Assembly (NCBI GenBank): GCA_965248195.1
Contig: CBDFIQ010000002.1
Location: 1,312,001-1,376,000, forward strand
Reading direction: 5' to 3'
Origin: Longimicrobiales bacterium
Lineage (GTDB): Bacteria; Gemmatimonadota; Gemmatimonadetes; Longimicrobiales; Gaopeijiaceae
DNA: 64,000 bases
Shown: positions 1 to 10,869 of the stretch, in pieces
How the letters are laid out: each line of letters begins with the position of its first letter
How positions within the stretch are numbered: position 1 is the stretch's first letter
The notes under the pieces: model-generated
Databases searched by the model: none
The model's input: the letters and a program-made list of their open reading frames with translations, nothing else
What the model was told of the DNA's origin: nothing
Program-made: the position numbers and the translations under genes

Positions 1-131
1 GACGCAGGTGCAAGCTGCCTCAGGTGAGCAAGGTCAACCTCTACTTCGTGGCGGTGCTCGTGGCCATGCTCCTCATGGTCACTTACGTTCCCGTGATTCC
101 TACGTGGCCTGTGGAGCTGTTTTTCCGGTGA
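1..131 (+). CDS. 3' end of TRAP transporter large permease (DctM-like), partial
   Basis: Frame 3 reads ...VSKVNLYFVAVLVAMLLMVTYVPVIPTWPVELFFR*, resembling the 'L+TY+P...W' C-terminal helix of DctM proteins. Confidence 0.6.
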   Translation, partial: RRCKLPQVSKVNLYFVAVLVAMLLMVTYVPVIPTWPVELFFR

Positions 132-324
132 GCCCCTAACCCACCCCTGCCAAAGGCAATAAAACAAGAGCGTTTGAATATGACTGCACGCACTTATACG
201 GCCTCCGGGCCTGGTACCTGGGCGCAGGACCCCACGCACTGGCAACGCATGGGAATCGCCGGGGAGCCGATCACCCGCTGAGGCCTCCGAGACTGTCGCT
301 TGTGAGCCCCTCGAGACGATCACC

Positions 325-1811
325 TTGACCCCGCACGAAGCCGCCTCGAGACCGCTCGAACCTCCGGCCCAGAAGCGCGTTTCCGCGTTGTTCTACTGCG
401 GAATGTTCCTCGCCGCTTCCCTGTCTCCACTGGGGTCCACGATGATTGCGGTGGCGCTGCCGTCGATCGGTTCCGAGCTTGGGGTCGGAAGCGGATTGCT
501 GACTCAGTGGCTCGTCAGCAGCTATCTCATTGTTGGAATCGCCACCATGAGCCCCGGCGGAAAGCTCGGGGATCGGATCGGTCACAGGCGAGCGCTCGTC
601 ATCGGCATGACCATCTACGGGGTCGGCTCGATCGCAGGGTTTTCGTTGGCGAACCTGCCCAGCCTGGCCTTCGCTCGGATCGCGATGGCCGCCGGCGGAG
701 CCATGACGATCCCGGCGACCATGGCGTTGCTGCGGAACCTGGTCCCCCCCGAGAAGCGAGCGCGGACGTTCGGCTATTTCGGTTCCGTGATGGGCGTCGC
801 GGCCGGAATCGGCCCTCTCGTCGGAGGGGAGCTGACGGCCCTCTTCGGGTGGCGGTCCGTGTTCATCGCCAACATTCCCGTCATACTGCTCGCGCATTTC
901 CTGATCCGACGGGCCACCGCATCCGGGTCGTCCTCACGGATCGCGAGTGAATCCGACTCGTCCTCGAGGATCGCGAGCGAATCCGAGGCGTCCTCGGGGA
1001 TCGCGACCGACTCGGAAGTGTCTTCTCCCGGCGTGGACCGCCAGTCGCCTCGCTTCGACATACTGGGCAGCGTGCTGCTGGCCTTTGGCCTGACGCTGCT
1101 CGTTGTGGCGGCTCAGACTTCGGGTTCGACTACTCTCGGGGCGGCGTTGGGCGCCGCCGGGTTGCTGACGGTGTTTGTTTGGTGGGAGCGCCGTGTAGCC
1201 GAGCCCGTCCTGGACCTCAGGCTGTTTCTGCGCCCCACGTTCGCGGCGTCGAGTGCCGTCATCGGGTTGCAGAACCTGGCCATGTACGCGCTTCTCTTCC
1301 AACTCCCGATCTTCTTCGAGCAGGTGCGCAACGTCGAAGCCGGGACTACCGGGCGAACCATCATCGGCATGATGATCGCGATGGTCGTTTTCTCCCCTTT
1401 GGGGGGCCGGGTGTCGGAGTCGGTCGGCATCCGCGCGACCGCCTTCGTCGGCACGCTGACCTCGCTGGCCGGGCTCTACCTCGTGTCCGATTTCGAGGCC
1501 CTCCGGTCACCCGGCGACGCCCTCGTCGGCCTCGTCGTGATCGGAGTCGGCCTGGGACTGACTTCGGCGCCGTCTCAAGCCGCCGCGATGAGCGCGGTGG
1601 ATCGGGCCCACGCCGGAATGGGCGGAGGTGCCGTCTCCACGGCGCGCTACATCGGAGGGGTGATCGGCATCTCAGCGCTCGGATATCTACTGGGGGGGAA
1701 CAGGCGGGTGTCGAGGCGCACGGCGCTGCTATAACCGTTTATGCAGCGGCCTTGGTCCTTGCCGCCATCAGCGCGCTGATTTTGCCCGGAAGGGGCGCTC
1801 TCGAGCGGTGA
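325..1811 (+). CDS. DHA2-type MFS transporter with apparent frameshift in a G-run near 1692-1698
   Basis: Motif A GKLGDRIGHRR, antiporter motif GPLVGG and about 14 hydrophobic segments; the last TM helix (GGEQAGVEAHGAAITVYAAALVLAAISALILP) continues in another frame to 1811. Confidence 0.85.
928..1026 (+). repeat. 30-bp in-frame tandem repeat (about 3.3 copies) encoding SSSRIASESD variants in the MFS central loop
   Basis: tcgtcctcacggatcgcgagtgaatccgac / tcgtcctcgaggatcgcgagcgaatccgag / gcgtcctcggggatcgcgaccgactcggaa. Confidence 0.9.
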
Positions 1812-1929
1812 ATCGGCCGCCCGGCTGATCACGTGATGGGGAGGAGGCGTGAGGGCAACCGAGCCGATCAGCTGCCGTCCTTGCTCCTTTCAGCCCGGAA
1901 ACGTGCTGTACGGATTCCGGGTCGCCCTC

Positions 1930-2436
1930 CTAGCACCAGAAACACCAGTGATACGGCGGGCGATAGTAGGTGATCAAACGACCACACACGATGACACCTA
2001 TCCAGCAGCTCAGCGAAACGGCCGCCGCAACTTTGGCCGCCCGTGGAGCGCTGGCACCGGCGCCGGCACGCTTGACCGGGCCGAACACGAATCGATAGAA
2101 GAACAACACGTTGATTCCAGCGATTCCCATAAGCGCCAGCTTGGTCTGAAAAGCTGGATTGAACAGATACTGGTCTGGGGCGCTCGTGACGAACATGACA
2201 CCCGTCATGACGTTCAGCACGTACCCGGCTACCCCCCACGGCACCAGCCTGTGAAGCGCACTCATGGAGATGCCGCTTGCCAGACCCATCATGCGCAAAT
2301 CGAACAGGCCAACGGTTCCAATCAGCAGAGACAACCCCATGAAATGCAGCGTTTCGACGGCCGGCCACCCCCACGTCGAATGCATGAAGTCATAGATCCC
2401 CCTCTGGTGGGAAAAATCGAGAAGCGCCTGCACCAT
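1930..2436 (-). CDS. 4-TM membrane protein (DUF6644-like)
   Basis: ETLHFMGLSLLIG, FDLRMMG, NPAFQTK and GRLITY motifs; paralogous to the neighbouring gene. Confidence 0.7.
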   Translation of the reverse strand: MVQALLDFSHQRGIYDFMHSTWGWPAVETLHFMGLSLLIGTVGLFDLRMMGLASGISMSALHRLVPWGVAGYVLNVMTGVMFVTSAPDQYLFNPAFQTKLALMGIAGINVLFFYRFVFGPVKRAGAGASAPRAAKVAAAVSLSCWIGVIVCGRLITYYRPPYHWCFWC

Positions 2437-2445
2437 GATACGCCG

Positions 2446-2943
2446 TCAGTACTGATGGGAAGCCATCAGCATGTTGTGGGTATAGGCGAGCAACCGTCCC
2501 GATGTGACGGCTCCAGCCCACAGCAGGAGGGAAAGCGCGGCCAGCACCCGGGCCTTCGTTGGAGCGCGGCCGGCGTCATAGCTGGGGTCCCGCAACACCC
2601 CCTTCGCCAACGACCTGGTGATGAAGAGCGCAGCCAGTACGGCAGTCAGCTTGAGAAAGAACACCGGATTGGTCAGCGCCTTGGCCGGATAGGCCACCAG
2701 GAGTAGCCCGCCCGACAGTGAGACGACAACGAGGCTGACCCAAAGGACAGGGAAGAAGCGCCTCATCAGAGACAAGGGAACGCTAGGTGCAACGCCCAGG
2801 ATACGGAGATTCGTCGCCACATGTACTCCGACTACAAATCCCATCGCAACGGAATGGAAGACCAAGGTAGAGAAAAACGCCGGCCCGGATTCACGCATCC
2901 ACGTACTGAAGGGCGTCTCTTCTAGCCAGACGAGGTGGTCCAT
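2446..2943 (-). CDS. 4-TM membrane protein (DUF6644-like), paralog
   Basis: FHSVAMG, NLRILG, NPVFFLK and GRLLAY motifs; 9-bp gap to the downstream paralog. Confidence 0.7.
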   Translation of the reverse strand: MDHLVWLEETPFSTWMRESGPAFFSTLVFHSVAMGFVVGVHVATNLRILGVAPSVPLSLMRRFFPVLWVSLVVVSLSGGLLLVAYPAKALTNPVFFLKLTAVLAALFITRSLAKGVLRDPSYDAGRAPTKARVLAALSLLLWAGAVTSGRLLAYTHNMLMASHQY

Positions 2944-3050
2944 ACGGTCTCAGCTCAGGATGGCATCACGTGCAAGGGATACGAGTCCAACCCGGGTATC
3001 GGGGCGAAAACGCACGGTAGGTCGGGGCGCGGCATGAGACAACCCGCGAA

Positions 3051-3128
3051 GTGGCCATGCTCCTCATGGTCACCTACGTTCCCGCAATTCTTATGTGGCC
3101 TGTCGATCTGTTTTATCCTCGAGCCCCC
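3051..3128 (+). repeat. Diverged direct-repeat copy of the TRAP permease 3' end (matches 60-137)
   Basis: gtggccatgctcctcatggtcac(c/t)tacgttccc... aligns codon-for-codon with 60-137. Confidence 0.9.
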
Positions 3129-3144
3129 CTCGTAAGGAGTACGA

Positions 3145-3924
3145 ATGTCGGACCGAGTGACGGTCAGCCGTGAGGATCATCTGGCCATCGTCTCCCTGAG
3201 TCATCCAGACCGGCTGAATGTCCTGGATCGGCAGGGGTGGGAAGCACTTGCCGACATCATGACCACTCTGGGAGAGGACGCGGAGGTCCGCTGCGTCGTG
3301 ATCGAGGGTTCCGGGAATCGGGCGTTTTCCGCGGGCTCCGACATCGGGGGATTTCCACAAGAGCGGCAGACGCCCGAGCAGGTTCAGGCGTATGCCTCGG
3401 CTCTCGAGGGTGCGCTTTCGGCCCTCCAGAGCTGCCCCCACCCGACCGTGGCATTGATCCATGGTGTGTGTGTGGGTGGTGGGCTGGAGATCGCCGCGTG
3501 CTGTGACGTGAGGATCTGCAGCGAATCGAGCCGCTTCGGAGCACCGATCAACCGGCTCGGTCTCACGATGTCCTACAACGAGCTGGGTCCGCTCGTCGAG
3601 CTGCTCGGCGCTTCGGGTACCCTAGAGATCCTGCTCGAGGGCGGTCTTCTCGATGCTACACAGGCACGCCAGAAGGGTCTCGTGACCCGAGTCGTCCCTG
3701 ACGAGAAAGTCGAGGAGGAAGCGCGGGCCACGGCTCATCGCATCGCCGTAGGCGCGCCACTCGTGAACCGATGGCACAAGAAGTTCGTGCGGAGGCTGAC
3801 CGATCAACGTCCGCTTACCGGGGATGAGCGACAGGAGGTGTACGAGGCGTTTCAGACCGATGACTACCGGGAGGGCGTCCAGGCCTTTCTCGAGCGACGC
3901 GACCCGCGATTCGAGGGTAAATAG
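3145..3924 (+). CDS. Enoyl-CoA hydratase/isomerase family protein
   Basis: AFSAGSDIG, PTVALIHGVCVGGGLE and DYREGVQAFLERRDPRF crotonase motifs; AAGGAG RBS. Confidence 0.95.
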   Translation: MSDRVTVSREDHLAIVSLSHPDRLNVLDRQGWEALADIMTTLGEDAEVRCVVIEGSGNRAFSAGSDIGGFPQERQTPEQVQAYASALEGALSALQSCPHPTVALIHGVCVGGGLEIAACCDVRICSESSRFGAPINRLGLTMSYNELGPLVELLGASGTLEILLEGGLLDATQARQKGLVTRVVPDEKVEEEARATAHRIAVGAPLVNRWHKKFVRRLTDQRPLTGDERQEVYEAFQTDDYREGVQAFLERRDPRFEGK

Positions 3925-3928
3925 CACG

Positions 3929-5143
3929 ATGAGCTCCCCGGATCGGAGCGGTCCCCTGGCAGGCCTTCGTGTGGTCGAGTTCGCGCACATCATGGCCGGT
4001 CCGACGTGCGGGCGGATGCTAGCCGACATGGGGGCGGACGTGATCAAGGTGGAGCCGGTCACGGGGGGAGACGCCTCCCGTCAGTTCCGTCCCCCCGACC
4101 TGAACGGTGAGTCGGCGGCGTTCATGATGTTGAACCGCAACAAGCGTGGTGTGGCCTTGGACCTCAAGTCGACGGGGGGGCTCGAGGTCGCTCGCCGGCT
4201 GGTAGATCGAGCAGATGTGTTGATCGAGAACCACCGCACGGGCACGATGGAACGTCTGGGGCTCGGGTACGATCTGGTGAGGGAGAGCAACCCCCGCCTC
4301 ATCTACTGCGAAATTTCAGGCTTCGGTCGGACCGGGCCCATGGCGCACCTCGGTGGATTCGACCTCATTTCCCAGGGCTACAGCGGGATCATGAGCGTGA
4401 CGGGGGAGGGGGAGGGAAGACCCCCCGTGAAGTGTGCTCCACCCCTTACCGATATCACGGCGGGCGTACTCGCCGCGATGGGGATCCTGGCCGCCTACGT
4501 CGAGCGACTCGAGACGGGCAGGGGCCAGAGGGTCGACACGTCCCTTTTCGAGGCGGGCGTCACGCAGTCGTTTTGGCAGGCAGCCGTAACGCTGGCCACC
4601 GGCGTGTCGCCGGGGCCCCTCGGGTCGGCTCATCCATTGACCGCTCCCTATCAGGCATTCCAAACCTCGGACGGATGGATCACGGTCGGGGGCTCGAACC
4701 AAGCGACCTGGCACCGGCTCGTCGAGGTCGTGGAGATTCCCGAGCTCGGCGAGGACCCCCGCTTCCTGGAAAACGCCGATCGTATGCAACACGTGGCCGA
4801 GCTCGCCTCGATCCTGGGCGAGCGCTTCAAGACGCGGCCGACCGCCGAGTGGCTCGGGCTTCTCGAGGAGGGTGGCGTGCCGGCGGGTCCGGTCGCGAGC
4901 ATCGGCCAAATGCTCGAGTTCCCCCAGACGCTCGCCCGGGACATGGTCGTCGAGGTGGAGCACTCCAAGCTCGGGCCAGTCCGAACGGTCGGCTTTCCGG
5001 TGAAGTTCTCCGAGACGCCCGTGTCCATCGCACCGGGGGCCCCACTTCTGGGCGAGCACACAGCGGAGGTCTTGTCCGAGTTAGGCTACACGGACGACGA
5101 GATAGAGGAGCTCATTCGGAGCGGAGCGGCGACGGCTGAGTAG
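3929..5143 (+). CDS. CaiB/BaiF class III CoA-transferase
   Basis: GPLAGLRVVE, LADMGADVIKVE, NRNKRG and APLLGEHT motifs; ATG at 3929 chosen over the track start. Confidence 0.95.
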   Translation: MSSPDRSGPLAGLRVVEFAHIMAGPTCGRMLADMGADVIKVEPVTGGDASRQFRPPDLNGESAAFMMLNRNKRGVALDLKSTGGLEVARRLVDRADVLIENHRTGTMERLGLGYDLVRESNPRLIYCEISGFGRTGPMAHLGGFDLISQGYSGIMSVTGEGEGRPPVKCAPPLTDITAGVLAAMGILAAYVERLETGRGQRVDTSLFEAGVTQSFWQAAVTLATGVSPGPLGSAHPLTAPYQAFQTSDGWITVGGSNQATWHRLVEVVEIPELGEDPRFLENADRMQHVAELASILGERFKTRPTAEWLGLLEEGGVPAGPVASIGQMLEFPQTLARDMVVEVEHSKLGPVRTVGFPVKFSETPVSIAPGAPLLGEHTAEVLSELGYTDDEIEELIRSGAATAE

Positions 5144-5225
5144 GCCCCTGGAGGACCTGGAAGCCGAGTTGGAGGAGGTTCGTCACGCGCGGAAGGTCGA
5201 TCTCGCCAGCGCCTCCTGCGCCCCT

Positions 5226-5585
5226 CTAGAGGCCCAACTCCTTCCGCATCCGCTCCTCTCGCCGACCGAGTGCCACGGCGATGAGGATGGCCCAGAGCGC
5301 ATAACCCCCACACGCCCAGTACAGGGCCTCGGTGCCCATCCACCGGAACCACATGAACGGCCACACGGACGCCATCAGGGTATTCACGATGGACTCGATG
5401 GCGAAAGTGAACAACTCACTGACGAGGAAATCCCCAATGCCCGCGGCCTGTCGGATGGAGTTCGTGAGACTCGTGAACTCCAAGTACATGAAGGTGCCGA
5501 CGGCGAGGAGGGCGTAGTATCCCCCTCCGTGCTTTCGCCAGAGCTTTCCGACGGCACCGCCGCCACCCTCCTTCGTCTTCGTCAT
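5226..5585 (-). CDS. Hypothetical membrane protein
   Basis: 119-aa ORF with 3 hydrophobic segments, immediately downstream of the DUF3500-like gene. Confidence 0.6.
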   Translation of the reverse strand: MTKTKEGGGGAVGKLWRKHGGGYYALLAVGTFMYLEFTSLTNSIRQAAGIGDFLVSELFTFAIESIVNTLMASVWPFMWFRWMGTEALYWACGGYALWAILIAVALGRREERMRKELGL

Positions 5586-5606
5586 ACGGAACCGGCTGGA
5601 GTGAGA

Positions 5607-6839
5607 TCAGCGATTCCCTCCGCTCGATACCGATCCCGCCACGGTGGCTGGATCATGCATGTGATTCGGGTCGTTCGCGTGCTCCTCGTAGTGCTGCCTC
5701 AACAAGTCCTTCCCGTAGTCGTTCCCGTTCGGAGTCCGAACGGCGATGTGGATGTGGCTCCGGGAAGGCGGGTTCGGCTCGGTGCGGAAACTGACTGGAG
5801 TCGTGTGGTCGAACTCGATAAAGATGATGGGGCTCTGAACCCGGTAGTAGTAGAGGGCGTCGGGTCGCACATCGCCCACCCAGGTAAATCGGGTCTCACC
5901 GAGGTACTCCTGAATTTCCTCCATCCGGATGCTCGCCTGGTCATACCTCATGGCGCCGATATAAACACCGATTACATCCATCAGGCGCTCGCGCTGGACA
6001 GCGTCCAGCTGGTCCCCGCGGATGCCTGCTTCCTGCATGACCAAATTGTCTCTGAACGCCGCGCCTCGCAGGTTATTGCGCGTTTTCTCAGGGTCCACGA
6101 CGGCGATTTGACGTTGATCCCGTCGGAGCGATTCCATGAAGGCCAGGCCCACGTCTTGCTCCTCCTGGAGAACCTCGATGTCCGGGTACCTGCCCGTGTC
6201 GATCGAGACCGGCTCGGATCCCCAGAAGTTAGGCGACATCACCACCTGATCCCCCATCACGAAGTAATTGACCACCAGGTGGTGCCCATCGAGTTGCCAT
6301 CCCCAGGGCTCGGTGTCAGATGGCTCTCCGAAGATGTCGATGAAGTAGAGGTACTCTCCGTACCCGTTGTAGTCTTCGAGAACGGCCGCCAGATAACCGT
6401 CTATGCGCATGATGTCGCGCGCCTGCTCGAATCCCCGCGCGCTGAGGCCCGCCCGGACCAGGGCGAAGGCCGCTTCCCGCTGGGGGTCGCTCATGTCCCT
6501 GAAGGATAGCCCCTGCCGTGGCAGGTTGCCGACCGGGACGTTGCTCCAGTGACGCCACTCATCCGCGTCCAATCCGAAGTTGGTCTGTGCCGCTTGCTCG
6601 GGCCTCAGCATCCTGAGGTAGGCCTTGGCCGCTTCCACGATCGGCGCGGTCGAAACCCCCGTGCTGCGAATGGGGAAGAGGTCGGGGATCAGATCGCCAT
6701 CGGTAGTGACCCCAAAGAACGGCTGGTCCCGCGAATTCTGTTGTTGAGCGGCCGCGTCGGGCGGTGGGGTGACCCAGGAGGCCAAGGTGAGGGCAAGTAC
6801 CGGAAACCAGCTGATGCGACCAAAGTGTGCGCGGGTCAT
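5607..6839 (-). CDS. Secreted DUF3500-like protein
   Basis: Signal peptide after MTRAHF; WGWQLDGHHL, YYYRVQSP, IEFDH and HIH..RTPNGNDYGKDLL motifs. Confidence 0.8.
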   Translation of the reverse strand: MTRAHFGRISWFPVLALTLASWVTPPPDAAAQQQNSRDQPFFGVTTDGDLIPDLFPIRSTGVSTAPIVEAAKAYLRMLRPEQAAQTNFGLDADEWRHWSNVPVGNLPRQGLSFRDMSDPQREAAFALVRAGLSARGFEQARDIMRIDGYLAAVLEDYNGYGEYLYFIDIFGEPSDTEPWGWQLDGHHLVVNYFVMGDQVVMSPNFWGSEPVSIDTGRYPDIEVLQEEQDVGLAFMESLRRDQRQIAVVDPEKTRNNLRGAAFRDNLVMQEAGIRGDQLDAVQRERLMDVIGVYIGAMRYDQASIRMEEIQEYLGETRFTWVGDVRPDALYYYRVQSPIIFIEFDHTTPVSFRTEPNPPSRSHIHIAVRTPNGNDYGKDLLRQHYEEHANDPNHMHDPATVAGSVSSGGNR

Positions 6840-7119
6840 GGCGACCTCCATCGGGGCGAGACATGGATGAACCAACTCTATCGTGTGGACGGCCCTAACG
6901 ACAGCCCTCAGGCCACCCGGGCTGGCTTCACCTTCACGAACTCCTGAATACCGGAGGGCGAGAGCTCTCGTCCGTAGCCGCTCTGCTTGATTGCTAGTGG
7001 CCAGGGGAGAGATATCTTGAAGCCTACTCAATTCCTGAAGGGATCAGCTCCATGTCGACGACGAAATCCTCGGATCAGGTTGGTCCTGTCGTGCCGAGGA
7101 GCCCCCGCTCTTCGACCGG

Positions 7120-7611
7120 GTGACGGAACCGTACGAACGGCGCGAGCCCGCGAGAGTCGAGATCGTCGACTTCCGACCCGAGCATGCCGATGCGTTCCGC
7201 CGAATGAACCTGGACTGGATCACCCAATATTGGGAGGTCGAGGACGCCGACCTCGTTTATCTCGACCATCCGCAGGAGAAGATCCTCGATCCCGGCGGCG
7301 CGATTCTCATGGCGCTGTACGATGGCGAGGTCGTAGGCACGGTTGCTCTCGTCCCCATGGGTAGCGGGTCCTACGAGCTCGCCAAGATGGCGGTCGACCA
7401 GCACGCTCGTGGCAAGGGCATCGGATGGGAGCTCGGCAGGGCGGTGCTGGAGCGCGCCCGCGAGGTGGGGGCTACCAGGGTGTATCTCGAGTCCAACACG
7501 ATCCTCGAGCCGGCGATCAACCTGTACCGGAAACTCGGATTCGAGCCGGTGCAGGGTGGAGCCTCACCGTACGACCGGTGTAACATTCAGATGGAAATTT
7601 CGTTCGAGTGA
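7120..7611 (+). CDS. GNAT family N-acetyltransferase
   Basis: ELAKMAV..ARGKGIG acetyl-CoA motif; AINLYRKLGF. Confidence 0.92.
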   Translation: MTEPYERREPARVEIVDFRPEHADAFRRMNLDWITQYWEVEDADLVYLDHPQEKILDPGGAILMALYDGEVVGTVALVPMGSGSYELAKMAVDQHARGKGIGWELGRAVLERAREVGATRVYLESNTILEPAINLYRKLGFEPVQGGASPYDRCNIQMEISFE

Positions 7612-7728
7612 GACGGACCATCACTCGAGCTCGGCCACTTCTGAAACCGCTTTACACCCGATTTCGTAGGGATGCATGTCGGATAAACGGTTCGACAGAT
7701 GAAAGTGCAAAAAAAAGGGAACTGAAGA

Positions 7729-7806
7729 ATGAATACAGCAACATCGATACGAGACTTCTTGGGAGGGATCATCCTCCTGGCGACCGGGCTTCTGTATCTC
7801 CTCTAG
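7729..7806 (+). CDS. Possible 25-aa hydrophobic small protein
   Basis: MNTATSIRDFLGGIILLATGLLYLL* with a purine-rich upstream region; below the ORF-track length cutoff. Confidence 0.3.
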   Translation: MNTATSIRDFLGGIILLATGLLYLL

Positions 7807-8011
7807 CTCAAACTACCGCCCAGCATCGGGCTCCCGACGGGGGCGGCTCGACCGCGAGGGCTGCCAGATGGTGGGCCGTCCCTGAGAGGCTGAGCAAAAA
7901 GTCACAGCCGCGCTTGCCCACGCTCTCCGCCAGCCGTATTCTCTAACGCGCAAACGTATCACAGCCCCCAACCGCGCCCCCGCAAGCGGTGACGGATAAG
8001 GATGGATCGAC

Positions 8012-8224
8012 ATGGCCGGCCAGGTCATCAACCCGGATGCCACGCCGCCCGAACCTTCGACTTCTCCGCCCGAGTCTTCGGTTTCCCCGTGCGAGCGCCT
8101 TTGGGCTCGGTATCACAGCGGTCCCGAACGGGACAAAGTCGAGATTCTCGAGGAGCTGATCCAGTACGGGTGTCTAGAGCGGACACGTAGAAGCATCGCA
8201 AGGCCCGACGTACCGGTCACGTAG
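8012..8224 (+). CDS. Small hypothetical protein
   Basis: 70-aa ORF with AAGGA upstream, filling the gap convergent on the aminotransferase. Confidence 0.35.
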   Translation: MAGQVINPDATPPEPSTSPPESSVSPCERLWARYHSGPERDKVEILEELIQYGCLERTRRSIARPDVPVT

Positions 8225-9363
8225 CGGCTAGGATCTCCCGTAGTGCCGCCAGCAGGTAGTGCACATTGCGCTCACTACAGCTGTAGCCCATCAACCCGAT
8301 CCGCCATGCTTTACCCTTGAGGGACCCAAATCCACCGGCGATATCGATCCCGTAGTCTCCGAGGAGGCGACCTCGTACCGCGGCATCGTCGACGCCGTCG
8401 GGGATCATCACGCAGGTGAGCATGGGCAAGCGGTGCTCCGGATCCCCGAAGAGCTCGAGTCCGAGGTCGGTGAGCCCGGCCTTCAAGAGGTCTCCGCACT
8501 TCTGATGGCGGGCAAACCGCTGCTGGAGGCCCTCCTCCTGGATCAGCCGAAGCGCCGCGTGGAGGGCGTAGATGAGCGATCCCGGCGCCGTGTGGTGGTA
8601 GGCGCGATCGGGGAGCCAGTATTTCCGAATCATCATGAGGTCGAGGTACCACGTGTCGACCGGGCGGCCTCGAGAGTCGATCACTCCCACCGCCCGATCG
8701 TTGAGGGTAATGCACGCGATTCCCGCCGGTCCCCCGATGCACTTCTGTCCCCCACTGAAACAGATGTCGATCAGGCACTCGTCTACCGGAATGTGGGCGC
8801 CGCCGAGCGAGCAGACTGTGTCGACGAGGAAGATCTTGTCCCGCTCCCGCACGAGCTTGCCGATGTCCTTCAGCGGTTGCCGGATTCCGGAGGAGGTCTC
8901 ACCGTGTACGACGGCCACCATACTTGGCGTTGGGATGGGCATCGAGAGCGGTCTCGATCTGATCGGTACCCACTACCTGGCCGAAGGCGACTTCAACTCG
9001 TAGGGCCGTGCCGCCGTGCCGTTCCACGATTTCGGCCAGCCGCTGGCCGAAGAAGCCGTGGATCCCCACGACCACTTCGTCACCGGGCTCGACAACATTA
9101 CAAACGGCGGCCTCCATCCCAGACATCCCCGTGCCCGGAAGCGTGATGGCCAGCGCGTTGTCGGTCTGAAAGAGGTGGCGTAAGAGAGCCATCGTTTGGT
9201 CCATGATCGCCAGGAAATCCGGGTCGAGGTAGCCCAGGATCGGACTGGCCATGGCGCGGAATACGTGCGGATGCAGGTTGCTGGGACCCGGCCCGAGCAG
9301 GACGCGCGGGTCGTGCCCCAATTCGCCGGTCGATCCATCGTTTGTGGTTGCCATGGCTGGCAT
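8217..9363 (-). pseudogene. Alanine--glyoxylate / serine--pyruvate aminotransferase (class V), split by a +1 frameshift near 8922
   Basis: N-half LLGPGPS..GTGMSGMEAA; C-half VHGETSSG, LVDTVCSLG and GGQKC (PLP Lys); junction reads gcc aag T atg gtg. Confidence 0.85.
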
Positions 9364-9523
9364 TTACTCCCGTGTCAACGTCCCCTCGAACCCGTTCGCC
9401 TTGTTGCTTCGGTCGCAGAACGGCTTCCGGCTCGAGAGGGTCTCTTTTTGTGATCTTGGAGCGGTGCCCCGCATCCCGTAAATTGCGGCGACGCTTCCCA
9501 CACCCGAACACACAAGGTGCTAC

Positions 9524-10735
9524 GTGAGTCAATGGACGAGAAGGCCGTCTGTCGTCGTGGACGTCGGCGGGGTCGATATCGGCGGAGAAAATCCGATCGT
9601 CGTCCAATCGATGACGAACACCGACACCTCGGACGTGGACTCCACCGTCGCGCAGATCATAGCGTTGGTGCAGGCCGGAAGCGAGTTGGTCCGCGTGACG
9701 GTCAACGATGACGCCGCCGCTGAGGCCGTCCCCGAGATCGTAGCACGGCTCTCAGACGAGGATGCCGCCGTGCCGATCGTCGGCGACTTTCACTACAACG
9801 GGCATCTTCTTCTCATGAAGTACCCGGCGTGCGCCGCGGCCTTGGCGAAGTACCGCATCAACCCCGGCAACGTCGGTACCAAGCACCGGGACTCAAACTT
9901 CCAGAAGATCGTGAAGGTGGCTATCGAGCACGCGACGCCCGTGAGGATCGGGGTGAACTGGGGCTCGCTCGACCAGCGTCTGCTGACTGAAATGATGGAT
10001 GCGAACGCCGAGCGCTCCGACCCCAAAGAGGCGCGGGTGGTCCTGTTGGACGCGATGGTGGAAAGTGCGACCCGCTCGGCGATCCTGGCCGAGGAAACCG
10101 GGCTGGGGCACGATATGATCGTGCTCAGCGCCAAAGTCTCCGAGGTGCCGGATCTCGTCGAGGTCTACCGGATGCTCGCCGACCAGTGCGATTACCCGCT
10201 TCACCTGGGTCTGACAGAAGCGGGTATGGGCACCAAGGGAATTGTCGCGACCACGGCGGGAATCACCCCTCTTCTCATCGACGGGATCGGGGACACGATT
10301 CGTGTCTCCCTCACGCCGGAGCCGGGCGGCGACCGCACGGAGGAGGTTCGGGTAGCGCGGCAGATCCTCCAGTCGCTTAAAATTCGCAGTTTCGAGCCCC
10401 AGGTCACGGCCTGCCCGGGGTGCGGTCGTACGACCAGCAGCGTCTTTCAGGAGATGGCTCAGGACATCGAGACCTATATCCGTGAAAAGATGCCCGCGTG
10501 GAGTGAGGAGTTTCCTGGTGTCGAGAATCTGACGGTGGCGGTAATGGGGTGTATCGTGAACGGCCCGGGCGAGTCGAAGCACGCCGATCTAGGGATCTCA
10601 TTGCCCGGGACGGCCGAAGACCCGAAGGCCCCGGTGTACGTGGACGGCGCGCATCATTCGACGCTCCAGGGAGAGGGCATGGTGAAAGAGTTCAAGGGGA
10701 TTGTCGAAGAGTACATCCGGGCACGGTACGGGTGA
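9524..10735 (+). CDS. ispG: (E)-4-hydroxy-3-methylbut-2-enyl-diphosphate synthase
   Basis: [30 protein letters not shown] and [10 protein letters not shown] motifs. Confidence 0.97.
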   Translation: MSQWTRRPSVVVDVGGVDIGGENPIVVQSMTNTDTSDVDSTVAQIIALVQAGSELVRVTVNDDAAAEAVPEIVARLSDEDAAVPIVGDFHYNGHLLLMKYPACAAALAKYRINPGNVGTKHRDSNFQKIVKVAIEHATPVRIGVNWGSLDQRLLTEMMDANAERSDPKEARVVLLDAMVESATRSAILAEETGLGHDMIVLSAKVSEVPDLVEVYRMLADQCDYPLHLGLTEAGMGTKGIVATTAGITPLLIDGIGDTIRVSLTPEPGGDRTEEVRVARQILQSLKIRSFEPQVTACPGCGRTTSSVFQEMAQDIETYIREKMPAWSEEFPGVENLTVAVMGCIVNGPGESKHADLGISLPGTAEDPKAPVYVDGAHHSTLQGEGMVKEFKGIVEEYIRARYG

Positions 10736-10869
10736 TCGGCGTACTCTTCTCCCTCCTCCGTCGTGCTCGGGAGATCCTCGGCGGGGCCATCGCTCGAAGT
10801 GACCCAACCTGAGCACGCATCATAAGGTGATAAATAACATTATACGACATCCAAAAAGTATTAATATAC

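Noticed and set aside
180..281. Short ORF MTARTYTASGPGTWAQDPTHW... as a PEP-utilising enzyme remnant
   Set aside because: Only 33 codons; the resemblance is too weak to support without a search.
5169..6509. Long antisense or overlapping ORFs (e.g. 5169-6509, 14909-16501, 57140-58573)
   Set aside because: Shadow ORFs of high-GC genes, with no recognisable motifs.
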